Assembly (NCBI GenBank): GCA_965226375.1
Contig: CBDDCX010000008.1
Location: 448,001-512,000 of the forward strand
DNA from: Longimicrobiales bacterium
GTDB taxonomy: Bacteria > Gemmatimonadota > Gemmatimonadetes > Longimicrobiales > Gaopeijiaceae
Direction of reading: 5' to 3'
DNA: 64,000 bases
The position numbers and the translations under genes were made by a program. Below, one piece after another: positions 40,987-52,109 of this stretch; the stretch's first letter is position 1; each line of letters starts with the position of its first letter. The notes under the pieces are model-generated. The model did no database searches. It worked only from the letters and a program-made list of their open reading frames with translations, and had not been told where the DNA came from.

Positions 40987-42083
40987 CAGCGCCCTTCATC
41001 TCCGGCCGGTCGTGGCACGGTCCTCTCGCACGCGTCAAGAACCTGGTCACACGTCCGGTCCCATCGATACTCGGTCGTCACTTCGCGCCCGCGGTCTGAG
41101 AGGTCGCGTCGCCGCTCCGCACTGTTCAGCAGGGCGTCCAAGGTGGCCGTCCAGGTGGCCCTGTCCAACGGCAGGATCTCGGCGCCATCCCCCATCACCT
41201 CGCGCGCCGGACCGTATTCGGCCACGACCGCCGGTGTCCCGCACGCAGCCGCCTCGAGCGGCGGTCGCCCAAAGCCCTCCGCCAGGGAAGGGAAGCAGAA
41301 TACCGAGGCGCCGGTGTAGAGACCGTGGAGTTCCTCGTCGGTCACCGGTCCCACGTCGACGACCTGTTCTACCGAGGACTCGAACGACGGCCGTGACCGG
41401 TGTACGTGTCGGGACCGTCCAACGACGACCAGGGGAATGGTCCGGTCCAACCTCGACGCCAGGTCATCCATCACGCCCATGAGAAAGCTCAGGTTCTTCC
41501 GGGGATCGCCTCCATCAACGGTGAGGACGTACTCAGAGGGGAGGTTCCAACGTTCTCGCACACGCAGGACCAACTCCGCCGCGGCCGGTTCGGCGAACGG
41601 CTCCACGCCCTGGGTCACGATCTCCAACCGGTCGGGGTCCACTCCGACCAGTCGAATCAACTGGTCGGCACTCCACTGTGACACCGTGAGCACGCGCTCC
41701 GCACCGTTGATGGCGCGTTTGACGACCCAGCGGTACCAGGAAGCGAACCGGCGATCGAACCAGACGCGGTGACTGATGGGGAGAACGTCGTGTACGATGA
41801 CTACGTGCCCCGAGCCCCTGATCGGGCATGTGTTGGCGGGGTGCAGCACGACGTCGCAGGATGCAGCCAATCGGGGGAGTTCAAGCTGCTCCCAAAGGTG
41901 CCCGCGGGTTCGTCCCACTACCACGTCCACACTGTCGGGGAGCCCGGGGGGAGGATCGGTGCCACGAGGCAAGAAGATCAGAGTGGCCTGTCATTCATAG
42001 ATCCGCGTACAAACCTGGCGGGAGAAGCGCTGCACTCCGGTGAGGGGCGCACCATAGAACCGGCCGTTGATACCGAGCTTCAC
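40986..42083 (-). pseudogene. GT4 glycosyltransferase with in-frame TGA at 41991-41993
   Basis: GTG 42083 gives MKLGINGRF...TGVQRF...RIYE*QATL in frame with the ORF carrying EGFGRPPLEA. Confidence 0.8.
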
Positions 42084-43560
42084 GACTCGGCCTCGGGGTC
42101 TGGCGATTCTCCGAGCTCACGAGGCAACACGTAGGTCATGGCGATCACCAGCACGACAAGTTGGCCCGGGCCGTGGGCGAGGGGCCAGACCACCATGCCC
42201 GCGAAGCATACGGTCGCGACCGACCACAAGAGGGCCCCCGTCGCAGGTCGAGCCTGTTACGATGTGCCGGCTCGCGGCCGGATTGTCGGACTTCTTGGAG
42301 AAGGGCCCACAGGGTCACGCCGAGGAAGGCGACAAAGGCCACCAACCCGACTACGCCGGTCTCGGCGGCCATCTGTACGTACGCGTTGTGTGGCGTCGGC
42401 TGGATGTCCCACAGCTGACTTACCTGGGCCCCGAAGCGGTCGAGATTCTCGGCGAATCCGCCGGGGCCGACGCCGATGAGAGGGTTCTCCAGGAACATGA
42501 GAACACCCGCGAGCATCAACGCAGCACGCTGCTCGAGCACCCAGTTGCCGAACGTCCGCTGCACGGTGTCTTGGAGGGCACCTCCCGAGCCCAGGTCCAC
42601 CACAACAACAAAGACGATCGTAACGAGCCAGATGCGGCCCGCCAGCCGCCAGTCCCGGCTGAGGAAGAACACACCCGAGCCCGCCAAGACCGCCAGCCAG
42701 CTTCCTCGGGAGAACGTGCCCACCAGTCCGATGACGAGGGCTCCCATCGCAAGGGCATGGAGCACCTTGCCGATCCGGCTGCGGGCCATTCCGTACCGAT
42801 GGGCGGCGAGGGGTATCATCACCGCCAAGAAGAGCCCCAGGCCGTTGGGCTGTCCGAACCCCAAGGCGGCCCGGTTGAACCTGGTGTCGAAGCGGGGAAA
42901 CTCACCGGGGAGAATCCGAAGGGTCTCCAACAGGCCCAAGACGCCACACAGGGCGGCCACCCAGACCAGCACCGACACGATCTTCTCCACGCGGTCAGGG
43001 TCCTGAGTGAAGAGGTCCGTTGCCACGACCAAGAGCGCGATGAGCACCCCGAAGTTCAGAGTCTCTCGAGCCGATATCGCTGGGCTCTGCCCGAACAGCG
43101 TGGCTACGACGAACACGCCGACCAGCACCGTCGTCGCCTTGAGCGGGAAGCGGCCCAACACCACCGCGGGCCGGGAAGACCCCAAGCCGAGGACCCAGGC
43201 CAGGACGATCGCTGCCGTCACGACGGCCGCCGTAGTGATTCGGAGCCCTTCGCCGCCGAAGAGTGCGGGCAGAGGCAGAGAGATCGCGACGAGGATCAGG
43301 CCGTCGATCCATCCGCCCACCACCAGGAGGATCAGGCCCGCGCCACCGAGGGCCCCCCCGGCGGCCGCCGCAGTGATCTGGCCAGAGACGGTGCCATGAA
43401 GGGCTAGTAATACGCCGCAGCCCAGTGCGGTGACCGACATCACGGCGAGCAGCTGGTCACCCGAGTCCCTGAGGGGATGCGGCTCCGCTCTCATGACCGC
43501 ACTCCAGCCATGGGTTGCCGCCCCGCCGTCACGAGTTCGCTCCCCCAAGGACCTGCCCAT
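42080..43560 (-). CDS. O-antigen ligase / Wzy family protein, frameshifted near 42237
   Basis: FGQPNxLG, TFSRGSW, PLIGVGPG, HNAYVQMAAETG; C-terminal TM helices continue in another frame after a C5 run. Confidence 0.82.
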
Positions 43561-44647
43561 AAACCTTCACGGTGGCGGTGGCGACACTCTCCTGGCTGAA
43601 CCGGGTGACCGCCCTCGTGCGGGCTCGTTCCGCCAACGTCGCTCGTGCGCTCGGCTCCTTGGCCAGACGATCGAGGGCGGCGCCGAGTGCAGTGGCGTCA
43701 CCTTCCGGCACGATGATTCCGGCGTCGCCCACCACGCGCGGGATCTCACCCGCATTGGAGGCCACGACCGGAACGCCGCATGCCATGGCCTCCACCAGGA
43801 TGGGGCCGAACTGCCCGGTCCACGTCTTGGTCGTGAGCGACGGAAGCGCCAGAACATCGAGGGCCGGCAACCAGCGTGGGACCTCGAGCGACGGCACCTG
43901 GCCGACGAAGTGGATACGGTCCGCAATCCCGGCCTTCTGCGCTGTACCCTCCAAGCTCGCCCTCTGGGGCCCGTCACCCAGAATCACCAGCCTGAGATGA
44001 GGGTGTTTCACCGCAGCCGAGATCAGCAGATCCAGTCCTTTTTCGGGCGCGAGTCTTCCGCCGAAACCCACTACCAGATCCGAGTCCCCGAAGGAGAATC
44101 GATCGCGGATCTCCGTGCGCACGGCGTCGTTGGGGGCGAAGCATTGCGTGTTCACGCCGAACTGTGGGATAACGCTCGGGTCCCCGGTGTAACCTGAACG
44201 GCGGAGTACGTCGGCGGCGCGACGGGTGCCGGCGATGGCCGCTCCGGAATGGCGGAACACATAGCTCCGCATTGCGGCGAACGGCGGAGGCAGCGCCTTG
44301 TCCAGGTTCTGCCACGCGAAGAACAGCGACGGAATGCCCTGACTCCGGCACACCCGCGTGAGCTGGAACGTCACCGCACTGAAGGGTTCCTCGTCTATGT
44401 GAACCAAGTCCGGCGTCATGTCACGGACCAGCCCATCCGGTCGTCGGTACAGGTGGAAGTGGTTGTGACCGGCAAAGCGGACGGGCCAGGAGATGACGTC
44501 CGGTACCGAGTCGTCACCCTCTTCAATGGGCTGATCGCCCCATGTCTCCGGAACGACACCCACGATGTCGACGTGTTCGGAAAGGCTCCGCAGCTTGTCC
44601 CGATAGGCTGCCACACAAAGAGCTTTCGACACGTAGAGGACCTTCAC
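43529..44647 (-). CDS. GT4 glycosyltransferase, first EX7E Glu replaced
   Basis: GRLAPEKG; WTGQFGPILVEAMA where EQFG is typical. Confidence 0.82.
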   Translation of the reverse strand: MKVLYVSKALCVAAYRDKLRSLSEHVDIVGVVPETWGDQPIEEGDDSVPDVISWPVRFAGHNHFHLYRRPDGLVRDMTPDLVHIDEEPFSAVTFQLTRVCRSQGIPSLFFAWQNLDKALPPPFAAMRSYVFRHSGAAIAGTRRAADVLRRSGYTGDPSVIPQFGVNTQCFAPNDAVRTEIRDRFSFGDSDLVVGFGGRLAPEKGLDLLISAAVKHPHLRLVILGDGPQRASLEGTAQKAGIADRIHFVGQVPSLEVPRWLPALDVLALPSLTTKTWTGQFGPILVEAMACGVPVVASNAGEIPRVVGDAGIIVPEGDATALGAALDRLAKEPSARATLAERARTRAVTRFSQESVATATVKVYGQVLGGANS

Positions 44648-46138
44648 GTGACTCTCTCCGTGTCGGGCCGACGTTCCTGGACGCCTCCGTTCCCGAACTG
44701 TACGGCCGCTCGCACGGCCAGCCACTCTCCTTCCGGCATGACTCGGCCACGCCAATAAAGGAGAGAGACCGCGGCCGTATAGGCCACTGCCTGGACGAAA
44801 CCTCCGGTGGCGTCGGGAATCCAGGTCACCATCCAGGCGAGCATCCCCGCTGTGAGGGTGATGGCCATGGTGTGTGCGGTGGGAGCCACGGCGGCCTGCA
44901 TGCGGAGGACCACGAGGAATCCGCCGGCCAGCAGCACTTCGGATCCCAGCTTTGCGGTCGCCGCGCCGAGCGGGCCCATAGAGGTGATCAAGAGGACATT
45001 GAGGACGACGTTCACCACCACCCCGAGGCCGTATAACACGGCAACATGGGTCATCCTACCCGCGGCTCCGAGGATGTAACCGGCCAGGAGATTCACCGCG
45101 AGCGCCGGAAGAGCCGGTGCCAGCCGGCCCAGGACGGGGACCGCGTCGAGGTACGACGTTCCCGTACAGAGTCTCGATCAAGGGCCCTCTGAGCAGCCAT
45201 AGCAGGGCGCAGGCGGGCACTACGGCCAAGAGCATGAGCTCTGTGACTCTCGTCCCCGCCCACCTTTCGCCCGTCCCGTTGCGGGGGGCGATCCGTGACA
45301 GACGTGGATACACAGCGGCGATCCCCACCAGAGAGAGTGCCTGCGCAACGTCCCAGAACTTGTAGGCAGCCGTGTAGACACCCACGTCCACGGCAGATCG
45401 CAACTCGGCTAGTAGAAGGACGTCGACCTTGTAGTAGATCGTCAGGGCCACGAACGCAGCTCCGAAGGGCATCATCTCCACGGCGAGCGTCTTCACCACC
45501 GACCACGTTGCCGGGCCGCCTCGACGGACCGATGCGGGCGCCTGCCTCAGCAGCCAGAAGAGCGCGACCGCCTGGCCGGCGATCGGCGCCACGGCAAACC
45601 ACACCATGCTCGACGTCGTCCACACGAGGGCGGCTCCCAGCGCTCCGGTGACGAGACCGAACGCGGCGCTGGCCTGCATCCAGACGTGCATCCGTTCCAT
45701 GGCCTGGAAGTAGGCCGACATGTTCTCGGCGTACGACCCGATGGCGTAGGACACGCCGAGCAGCAGAGCGGTGGCCACCACCTGGTCCGAGTATCCCAGC
45801 AGCCACTTCGCTATCACCACCAAGACCACCAGCATCACGCCGTTCGCGATGGTCTTGAGAAGGTGTGCGGATCTCACGAGCTCCGGCGCCCGCTCCGGTT
45901 CGCGAGCGATGTCGCGAATGAGGAGCGGCATCATTCCGAGAGTGGACACGATGCTCAAGATCACGGACAGGGCCGCGGCGGTCCCATAGGCGCCGAACTC
46001 CCCCGTGCCGAGCACACGGGCAGCCACCACCACGGCGCCCAGGGTCAGCACTTTGGGCAGGCCGTATGCGAACAGGAGTGACAGGGCGTTCAGGAAGACC
46101 CGGCGGAGACCCTCGGCCGGAGAGGTATCGGTAAACAA
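44644..46138 (-). CDS. Wzx-type flippase, frameshifted near 45159
   Basis: ARxLGxxEFGxY, YYKVDVLLL, VGVYxAAYK; C-terminal LGAATA part in a second ORF. Confidence 0.82.
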
Positions 46139-46142
46139 GGGT

Positions 46143-46748
46143 CTATCTGTCCTCCTGACCTTTGAAAACGACGGAGACCGATCGGAGGAGAATCGCCAGA
46201 TCCTTCATGAGGGATTGGTGCCGGAGATACTCGAGCTCCATGGCCGCTCTTTCGGGGTAGGGAGGTCTGCTCCGGCCGTGACTCGTCCACTCCCCGAAAA
46301 TGCCGGGCCGCACTCTCAGCAAGTCCTCGGCGCCATCTCCGTAACACTCGAGCTCGTCTTCGACGACCGGTCGCGGCCCCACGAGAGACATGCTCCCACC
46401 CAGAACGTTGAAGAGTTGGGGAAGCTCGTCCACGTAGCTTCGACGAAGCCATCCACCCACCCGAGTGACCCTCGGGTCTTCCCCTGTGGGAATCTTGAAC
46501 CCGTTCCCTCGGTACTGCTCGCCGAGCGCGCTCTCGGCCCGCAGTTCGGCTTCCGCACCCACGCGCATGGTCCGGAGCTTCAAACAGCCGAACGGGACAC
46601 CGTTACGTCCGAGTCGACGGTGCCCGAAGAAGATCGGACGGCCCGACCCGAGGAGTACCGCCAGAACACCCAGCACCAGGAACGGCGATGCCAGGATCAG
46701 CAGAAGCGAGGCACCAAGCAGGTCCAGGGCCCGTTTGCCTATCCCCAC
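46143..46748 (-). CDS. Priming sugar transferase (bacterial sugar transferase family)
   Basis: KRALD, KLRTM, DPRVTRVG, DELPQLFNVLxGxMSLVGPRP. Confidence 0.92.
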   Translation of the reverse strand: MGIGKRALDLLGASLLLILASPFLVLGVLAVLLGSGRPIFFGHRRLGRNGVPFGCLKLRTMRVGAEAELRAESALGEQYRGNGFKIPTGEDPRVTRVGGWLRRSYVDELPQLFNVLGGSMSLVGPRPVVEDELECYGDGAEDLLRVRPGIFGEWTSHGRSRPPYPERAAMELEYLRHQSLMKDLAILLRSVSVVFKGQEDR

Positions 46749-48751
46749 GCTGCTCGCGCCTCGGCTTCACTGCCGCACACCAGTACTGCTCCGCCGATGC
46801 TCCCTTCGGCCTCGGCCACCAACTCGACGGCTCGGGCCAAATCGCCTTTGCGCGTTTGCCCACACCGCAGCACGAGGACCACGGGTACCTTTCCGTTCAC
46901 GGCCTCGGACGCCGTCGCGAATGTCTGGATCGGGGGTGTGGTGTCAAGTGAAGGGGTACTCCATCCGGGACGGCGGCTTCGTGTGGCGTCACCCTGGTCG
47001 TTTTCTCCGGCACTGACGAGAGCCTCCACAAGGTCGGCGGCATCTTTGCCCTCGTCCAGTGGAGCGAGGACCATGCGCGCCGCTCCCCAGTCGTCGTGGC
47101 CGACTCGATCGAGCACCGCCCGTGCGTCGGTCGTAGAAAGCACCATTCTGGTCCGGCTACGGTACGGAGCCGCGAGCACGGGAGCCCCCAGCAGGGGTCG
47201 AATGGCCCTGACGGACCGAATCGAGGGATCCGAGCGCTCGCTCACGACCAGTGCCAGTGCGCCGAAAATACCGGCGAGCATAAACCCCACGGCGAGACCC
47301 AAGCGTTTACGCGGCCAGATCGGCTTGGAGCCCAGCTTGGGGGGGTCGATCACTTGGATGTTCGCGAAGGTGAGTGCTTGCCGAAGCTCCTCCTGGCGCA
47401 ACCGCTGTTCCGTGAGGACGACGACTTCGGTCAGGATGCGGACGTCTCGTTGACGCCGGATCAGATCGATCACCAGGGCAGGCATCTCGGCAAGTTCCGC
47501 CTCCATGGTCGCGACCATATCTTCAGCTACCCTGATCTGGTCGACGAGCGACATCCGGTAGGCCTCGGTCACAGCGTTGAGGGACTGGATCAGGTAAGCG
47601 ATCTGATCCAGGACCACCCGGTGCTCCCGGCTCTGGACGGTCCGACGTGACGCCACTTCGTTTCTCACCCCCTCCAGAGTCGTGAGCTGTGCCAGAAGCA
47701 GCCCCACGGTCTCGTTCTGCAGGAAGGCCGGATGAGAGACGAGACTGGTCCATGCTCTGGCGGTATCGGGATCTGCCACGACCCTCTCGAGAACCTCGTC
47801 GATGCCGCTCAACTCTCCCTGGACCCGCGCCAACTCGGAGAGAACGACGCTGTAGCGCTCGATGAACGCCTCACTCTGTGCGTCGGGGGCCACGAGGCCC
47901 GAGGTGCGCTGGTACTCCTCCAATGCGGTCTCGGCTTCGCGCAGCTCGTCCATGGTCTGGTTTGCCACCACCCTCAGGGAGTCGACTGTCTCTCGACTCT
48001 CCCTGCTCTGGAGCTGGGTTCTGAGGGCTACGAAGCGATCGACCACCGAGCGCACCACGGCTTCGGCCAAGTCGGGATCGGTGTGGTCGTAGCTGATCTC
48101 TACAACGTTGGCTTCGCGTCGTGTCCGCTCCGAGACGATGCGCGGCCGCTCTACTCGTACGGCTTCGGAGAAAGGAACGGTCTTGATCCGGACTTGGGTG
48201 GGCATGCCTTCCCGCCACGGCCGGAACGTGGCAGAAACCCCGCCGAACGTCACGAGTTCGCCCGGCGTGACCGTAGCTACCGCACCTCGCCTCTCAGACG
48301 GTGCCGTCTGACGTACAGTCGCTTCGCCTCCCCTCCACTCGATCTCGAACGTCGCCTTTTCAGTCAACGGGGTCGCTGACAGCCGCCCGAAAATCGAGTC
48401 GCGATGCCAGTCCTTCGGGGCCTGCAGGCTGACGTTCAAGGATCCGTCGCCCACCACGCCTTCGGCCAACGTGCGACTGGCCAGGAGCTCCAGGTCGTTG
48501 GCAAAGGCATCACCCCCGAGGCCGAATACGCCCAGGAGGCTGGAGGTGGGAGAGACGCCGCCCGGTGGCGGGGGCTCACCCAGGCGCAGGCTGGCCTGAG
48601 CTCTGTAGATGGGGTGGGTCGTGAACAACAAGAGAGCCGCAAGGCTCTGGACGACCACGAAGACACCGAGGCCCCAGAACCATCTGCGGCGAACGATCCC
48701 GATCCAGGTCGGAAGCAGACCCTCAGATCCGAGGTGGGTGGAGCTCGTCAT
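46739..48751 (-). CDS. Wzc/GumC polysaccharide co-polymerase with degenerate kinase domain
   Basis: Two TM helices, coiled coil, IQVIDPP..PIWP; C-terminus lacks an intact Walker A and a Tyr cluster. Confidence 0.8.
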   Translation of the reverse strand: MTSSTHLGSEGLLPTWIGIVRRRWFWGLGVFVVVQSLAALLLFTTHPIYRAQASLRLGEPPPPGGVSPTSSLLGVFGLGGDAFANDLELLASRTLAEGVVGDGSLNVSLQAPKDWHRDSIFGRLSATPLTEKATFEIEWRGGEATVRQTAPSERRGAVATVTPGELVTFGGVSATFRPWREGMPTQVRIKTVPFSEAVRVERPRIVSERTRREANVVEISYDHTDPDLAEAVVRSVVDRFVALRTQLQSRESRETVDSLRVVANQTMDELREAETALEEYQRTSGLVAPDAQSEAFIERYSVVLSELARVQGELSGIDEVLERVVADPDTARAWTSLVSHPAFLQNETVGLLLAQLTTLEGVRNEVASRRTVQSREHRVVLDQIAYLIQSLNAVTEAYRMSLVDQIRVAEDMVATMEAELAEMPALVIDLIRRQRDVRILTEVVVLTEQRLRQEELRQALTFANIQVIDPPKLGSKPIWPRKRLGLAVGFMLAGIFGALALVVSERSDPSIRSVRAIRPLLGAPVLAAPYRSRTRMVLSTTDARAVLDRVGHDDWGAARMVLAPLDEGKDAADLVEALVSAGENDQGDATRSRRPGWSTPSLDTTPPIQTFATASEAVNGKVPVVLVLRCGQTRKGDLARAVELVAEAEGSIGGAVLVCGSEAEARAAWG

Positions 48752-48762
48752 CGGGGTGGCTC

Positions 48763-49425
48763 TCAGCGAACCAACAAAGCGGTGATGATGGCTACCCCAA
48801 CGGACGTGAAGGCGCCGATGAAGATGGGAAGGTTCTCCCTGGCCCAGCTCTGCCTGCCCACTAGGATCTGGTCCCCCGACTGGAAGCCCGTACTCGCCGC
48901 CAAGGCTTGAGGATCGATTTTGCTCTCCAGAACACTTCCGTTTCGGATCAGCGAGATCCGGTCCTGGTCAGCCAGCGGGGTGAGCCCTCCCGCGGCGGCG
49001 AGGAGATCGGCCATCGTGTAGGTGGGGTCCACCGGGAGTAGCCCGGGGAGCCGGACCTCGCCCAGCACGGCGATGCGAAGGATCGGCGTGGCGATGACAA
49101 CGGGTTCGATCAGCTCTCGGGAGTACCTCTCGGTGATCTCCCGGCGTACTTCGTCGAAGGGCAGTCCGGCCACAGGCAACAGTCCGGCCAGAGGAAGCAG
49201 TGCTCGTCCGTCCTCGGCCACCGTGCATTGTCCACTGAGCAGCGGCTCGTCCTTGACCTCGATCCGGATCGCGTCTCCCGGTCGCAACAGGATTTCCTGC
49301 GACGATGGAAGCAGCTGGCCCACTCCGGCCTGAACCCCGCCCAAAACGAGGAATGCGAATGAGAGCATAGAGCGCGAGAAACAGGATGGCACGGGGACCG
49401 TTCCTTTGTTAGGCTCAGCGGGCAT
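48763..49425 (-). CDS. Polysaccharide export protein (Wza-like, SLBB)
   Basis: LRPGDxI, LPLxG, VLGEVxxPG, AAAGG. Confidence 0.85.
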   Translation of the reverse strand: MPAEPNKGTVPVPSCFSRSMLSFAFLVLGGVQAGVGQLLPSSQEILLRPGDAIRIEVKDEPLLSGQCTVAEDGRALLPLAGLLPVAGLPFDEVRREITERYSRELIEPVVIATPILRIAVLGEVRLPGLLPVDPTYTMADLLAAAGGLTPLADQDRISLIRNGSVLESKIDPQALAASTGFQSGDQILVGRQSWARENLPIFIGAFTSVGVAIITALLVR

Positions 49426-49581
49426 CGGAGCCTGGGCCCCAATCAGCGACGCAGCTTAAACAGTCGAATAGAACACCGTCAACTTACCCCTGCCGACCAT
49501 GCACGCGACTCCCTCGATCTGGCTCCCGAACTCATCGAGAAGAGTCTGACCTGGGCGAGACAACAGGGGCACCCCTTCTAC

Positions 49582-50390
49582 GTGTGGCCGGAGATGCCGG
49601 TTACCCGGTGGCGCGCGTCGCTGCGGGAGATCGAGCGGGTTGCCAGGAGCGTGCTCGTGGCCGAGGCGTCCACCCTGGAGACGCCGTCGGGAATCGAGAT
49701 GGAGCCACCGCCGGGAATCGCACTGGACACGCCGGCGGGAGCCGAGCTGGAGACGCCGGCGGGAGTCGGGGCCCGGACGTTGGGAGTTGCCGCCTTCACC
49801 TCGGGGATGGGGCCGCTGCTCGGTCACTGGATCGAATCCGGTGCGCTGACGGCGGAGCCCGAGCTCGCGGCTCTTCTCGGGCTGCACCTTCACCATGGCA
49901 GGGAGCGTGCCCGGCTGCTGACCGAGGAGCTCCACAGAGCCGTGTCACTGTTGGCTCAGGCAGGCATTATCCCGATCGTGATCAAGGGAATGCATACGGG
50001 CGCAGTCTACTTTCCCGAGCCCGGGACGCGTCCGGCCAGTGACATCGACCTGGTGGTCGGTCCGGCGGAGGCGGAGGCGGCCGGCGCGGCCCTGTTCGCC
50101 GCCGGATATGAGGAGACCAACCGCCAATCTCGTCCGTACAAGAGCGATTGGGTGCCCCCGGGGGCCTCGCGCACGCTTCGTTCTCTCGAGGTCACGCACC
50201 GGGACAACCCCCTTACGCTGGACCTCCACACCACTCTCGACAGGAACTTCTTCGGGGTGGGCACGGTGGCCTTCGGGCCGCTCGGAGATTCCGCTACTCG
50301 TCGTCACACTGTAGGAGACGCGCAGGTGCGCGTCCTCGAGCAGCCCTTGCTCACAGCGTCGCTGGCGGCTCACGCCTCCGAGGGGCTTCC
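49582..50390 (+). pseudogene. NTP_transf_5 family nucleotidyltransferase, 3'-truncated
   Basis: IKG, YxEPGxRPxSDIDL, LDLH; after AHASEGL the ORF runs antisense into the methyltransferase. Confidence 0.7.
49675..49770 (+). repeat. 4 x 24-bp in-frame tandem repeat
   Basis: Encodes LETPSGIE/MEPPPGIA/LDTPAGAE/LETPAGVG. Confidence 0.85.
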
Positions 50391-50873
50391 GAACTGCCGT
50401 CCCTGGACGGGCCCGAACAGGTCACCCTCGAGGACGCTGCAGGTGTCGTCGAGCCCGTTGATCGTCACGTTGGCTCTCGCGCAGCGTACCGCGACCGGGT
50501 TGATGTCGACGCCGGTCACCCGGTATCCGTTCCTACCGGCGAAGATGGCGACGATCCCCGATCCGGTTCCCATGTCGAGCGCCTCCGGTCGGGCCCCATC
50601 GTGGAAGTCGGTTGCTTTCGCCGGTCGGTCGGCCACCGCCCGAGCCAGAAGGCGACCGGTACGGAATATGACCGGGTCGTGGACCTGCGGTAGGACCAAG
50701 ATCGGGATACCGTCGACGTGATACAGCCTCGTTCGTCGAAGACGGGGCAAGAGGAGCCGCCTCTTGAGCGAGAGCCAGATTCTGGAAAGCGAGCGAACCA
50801 GGATGTCACCTCGCGCGTGGTTTGACCTGGATTGGGGACCGACCAATACTCCGAGGCGATTCCACGGGCACAT
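50370..50873 (-). pseudogene. HemK-like class I methyltransferase, 3'-truncated
   Basis: LDMGTGSG, VDINPxAV, GDLF; ends before the expected NPP motif. Confidence 0.72.
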
Positions 50874-50965
50874 CCGCTGGAGCTGGACGCATACCGAGGC
50901 GGTCTGAACAGTGGGCTGAAGATCGGTTCTAATCCTAGGCGATTCGAGAGGTAGTAGCGAGTGTC

Positions 50966-52072
50966 ATGACTCAGTTGACCCCCCGGCCCGAGGCGTCGTC
51001 GGAGCACGCGACTGAGTTGAGCTCGCCACTGCCCCGCCAGGACCCGATCACCGAATTGCCCTTGATCATCCTCTACCCGCACAGCCGCTGCAACTGTCGA
51101 TGCCTCATGTGCGACATCTGGCGAAATACCACGAAGGACGAGTTGTCCTCAGAGGATGTCTCACGCTGGCTACCCGAGTGGAGAGCGCTGGGGGTGAAGC
51201 GGGCTGTCCTGAGTGGCGGAGAGCCGCTCATGCACTCCGATTTCTGGACGCTGTGTGAACTCCTGCGGAATGCGGAAATCGGGATCACCATCCTGAGCAC
51301 CGGTATACTCCTGAAGCGAGATGCAGAACGTCTGGTCGGCTATTGTGATGATGTGATCGTGAGTCTGGACGGGCCACGTGAGGTCCACAATCGAATCCGC
51401 AACCTGAACCTGCCCCGGGCCTTCGAGAAGCTGTCGGAGGGAGTGAAGGCGGTGCGGGCGGCGAGTGGCGACGTGCGAGTCAAGGGTCGCTGCACGGTGC
51501 AGCGGGAGAACTTCCGGAGCATGCGCGCGACCGTCGCGGCCGCGCACGAGTTGGGGTTGGACGGGGTCAGCTTTCTCGCTGCGGATGTGAGCACCGACGC
51601 CTTCAATCGACCGGAACAGTGGGGCACCGAACGCATGGCGGAAGTGGCTTTGAGCGAAGGCGATCTTCCCGTACTGGCAACCGAGTTGGACACTATGGAG
51701 CGCGAGTGCGGATCCGATTTTGGGAACGGGTTCATCTGGGAGAGCCCAGTCAAGCTGCGTCGCCGTATCCTACAGTACTACTCGGCGCTGTTGGGGGGAG
51801 AGGCCTTTCCTCCCGTCGCCTGTAACGCGCCCTGGGTCTCTACGGTAATAGAGAGCGACGGAACTGTGCGCCCCTGTTTTTTCCAACCTCCCCTCGGCAA
51901 TATCTACGACGGGTCGACCCTCACGCAGATTCTCAACTCGAAGACGGCGCGGGCATGGCGCCGCGGTTTAGACATGAGCCGCAACGAAATCTGTCGCAAG
52001 TGTGTATGTTCCCTCAGCCTCCGGAAGATCGACGGAGCGTTCGATCCCGAGATGACAGGCGATTCGCAGTGA
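50966..52072 (+). CDS. Radical SAM protein with SPASM/Twitch domain
   Basis: CNCRCLMC, SGGEP, SLDG, CNAPW...GTVRPC...CRKCVC. Confidence 0.9.
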   Translation: MTQLTPRPEASSEHATELSSPLPRQDPITELPLIILYPHSRCNCRCLMCDIWRNTTKDELSSEDVSRWLPEWRALGVKRAVLSGGEPLMHSDFWTLCELLRNAEIGITILSTGILLKRDAERLVGYCDDVIVSLDGPREVHNRIRNLNLPRAFEKLSEGVKAVRAASGDVRVKGRCTVQRENFRSMRATVAAAHELGLDGVSFLAADVSTDAFNRPEQWGTERMAEVALSEGDLPVLATELDTMERECGSDFGNGFIWESPVKLRRRILQYYSALLGGEAFPPVACNAPWVSTVIESDGTVRPCFFQPPLGNIYDGSTLTQILNSKTARAWRRGLDMSRNEICRKCVCSLSLRKIDGAFDPEMTGDSQ

Positions 52073-52109
52073 CTCCCGTCCGAAACAGCCGCCTCGCGAG
52101 ACGCACACT

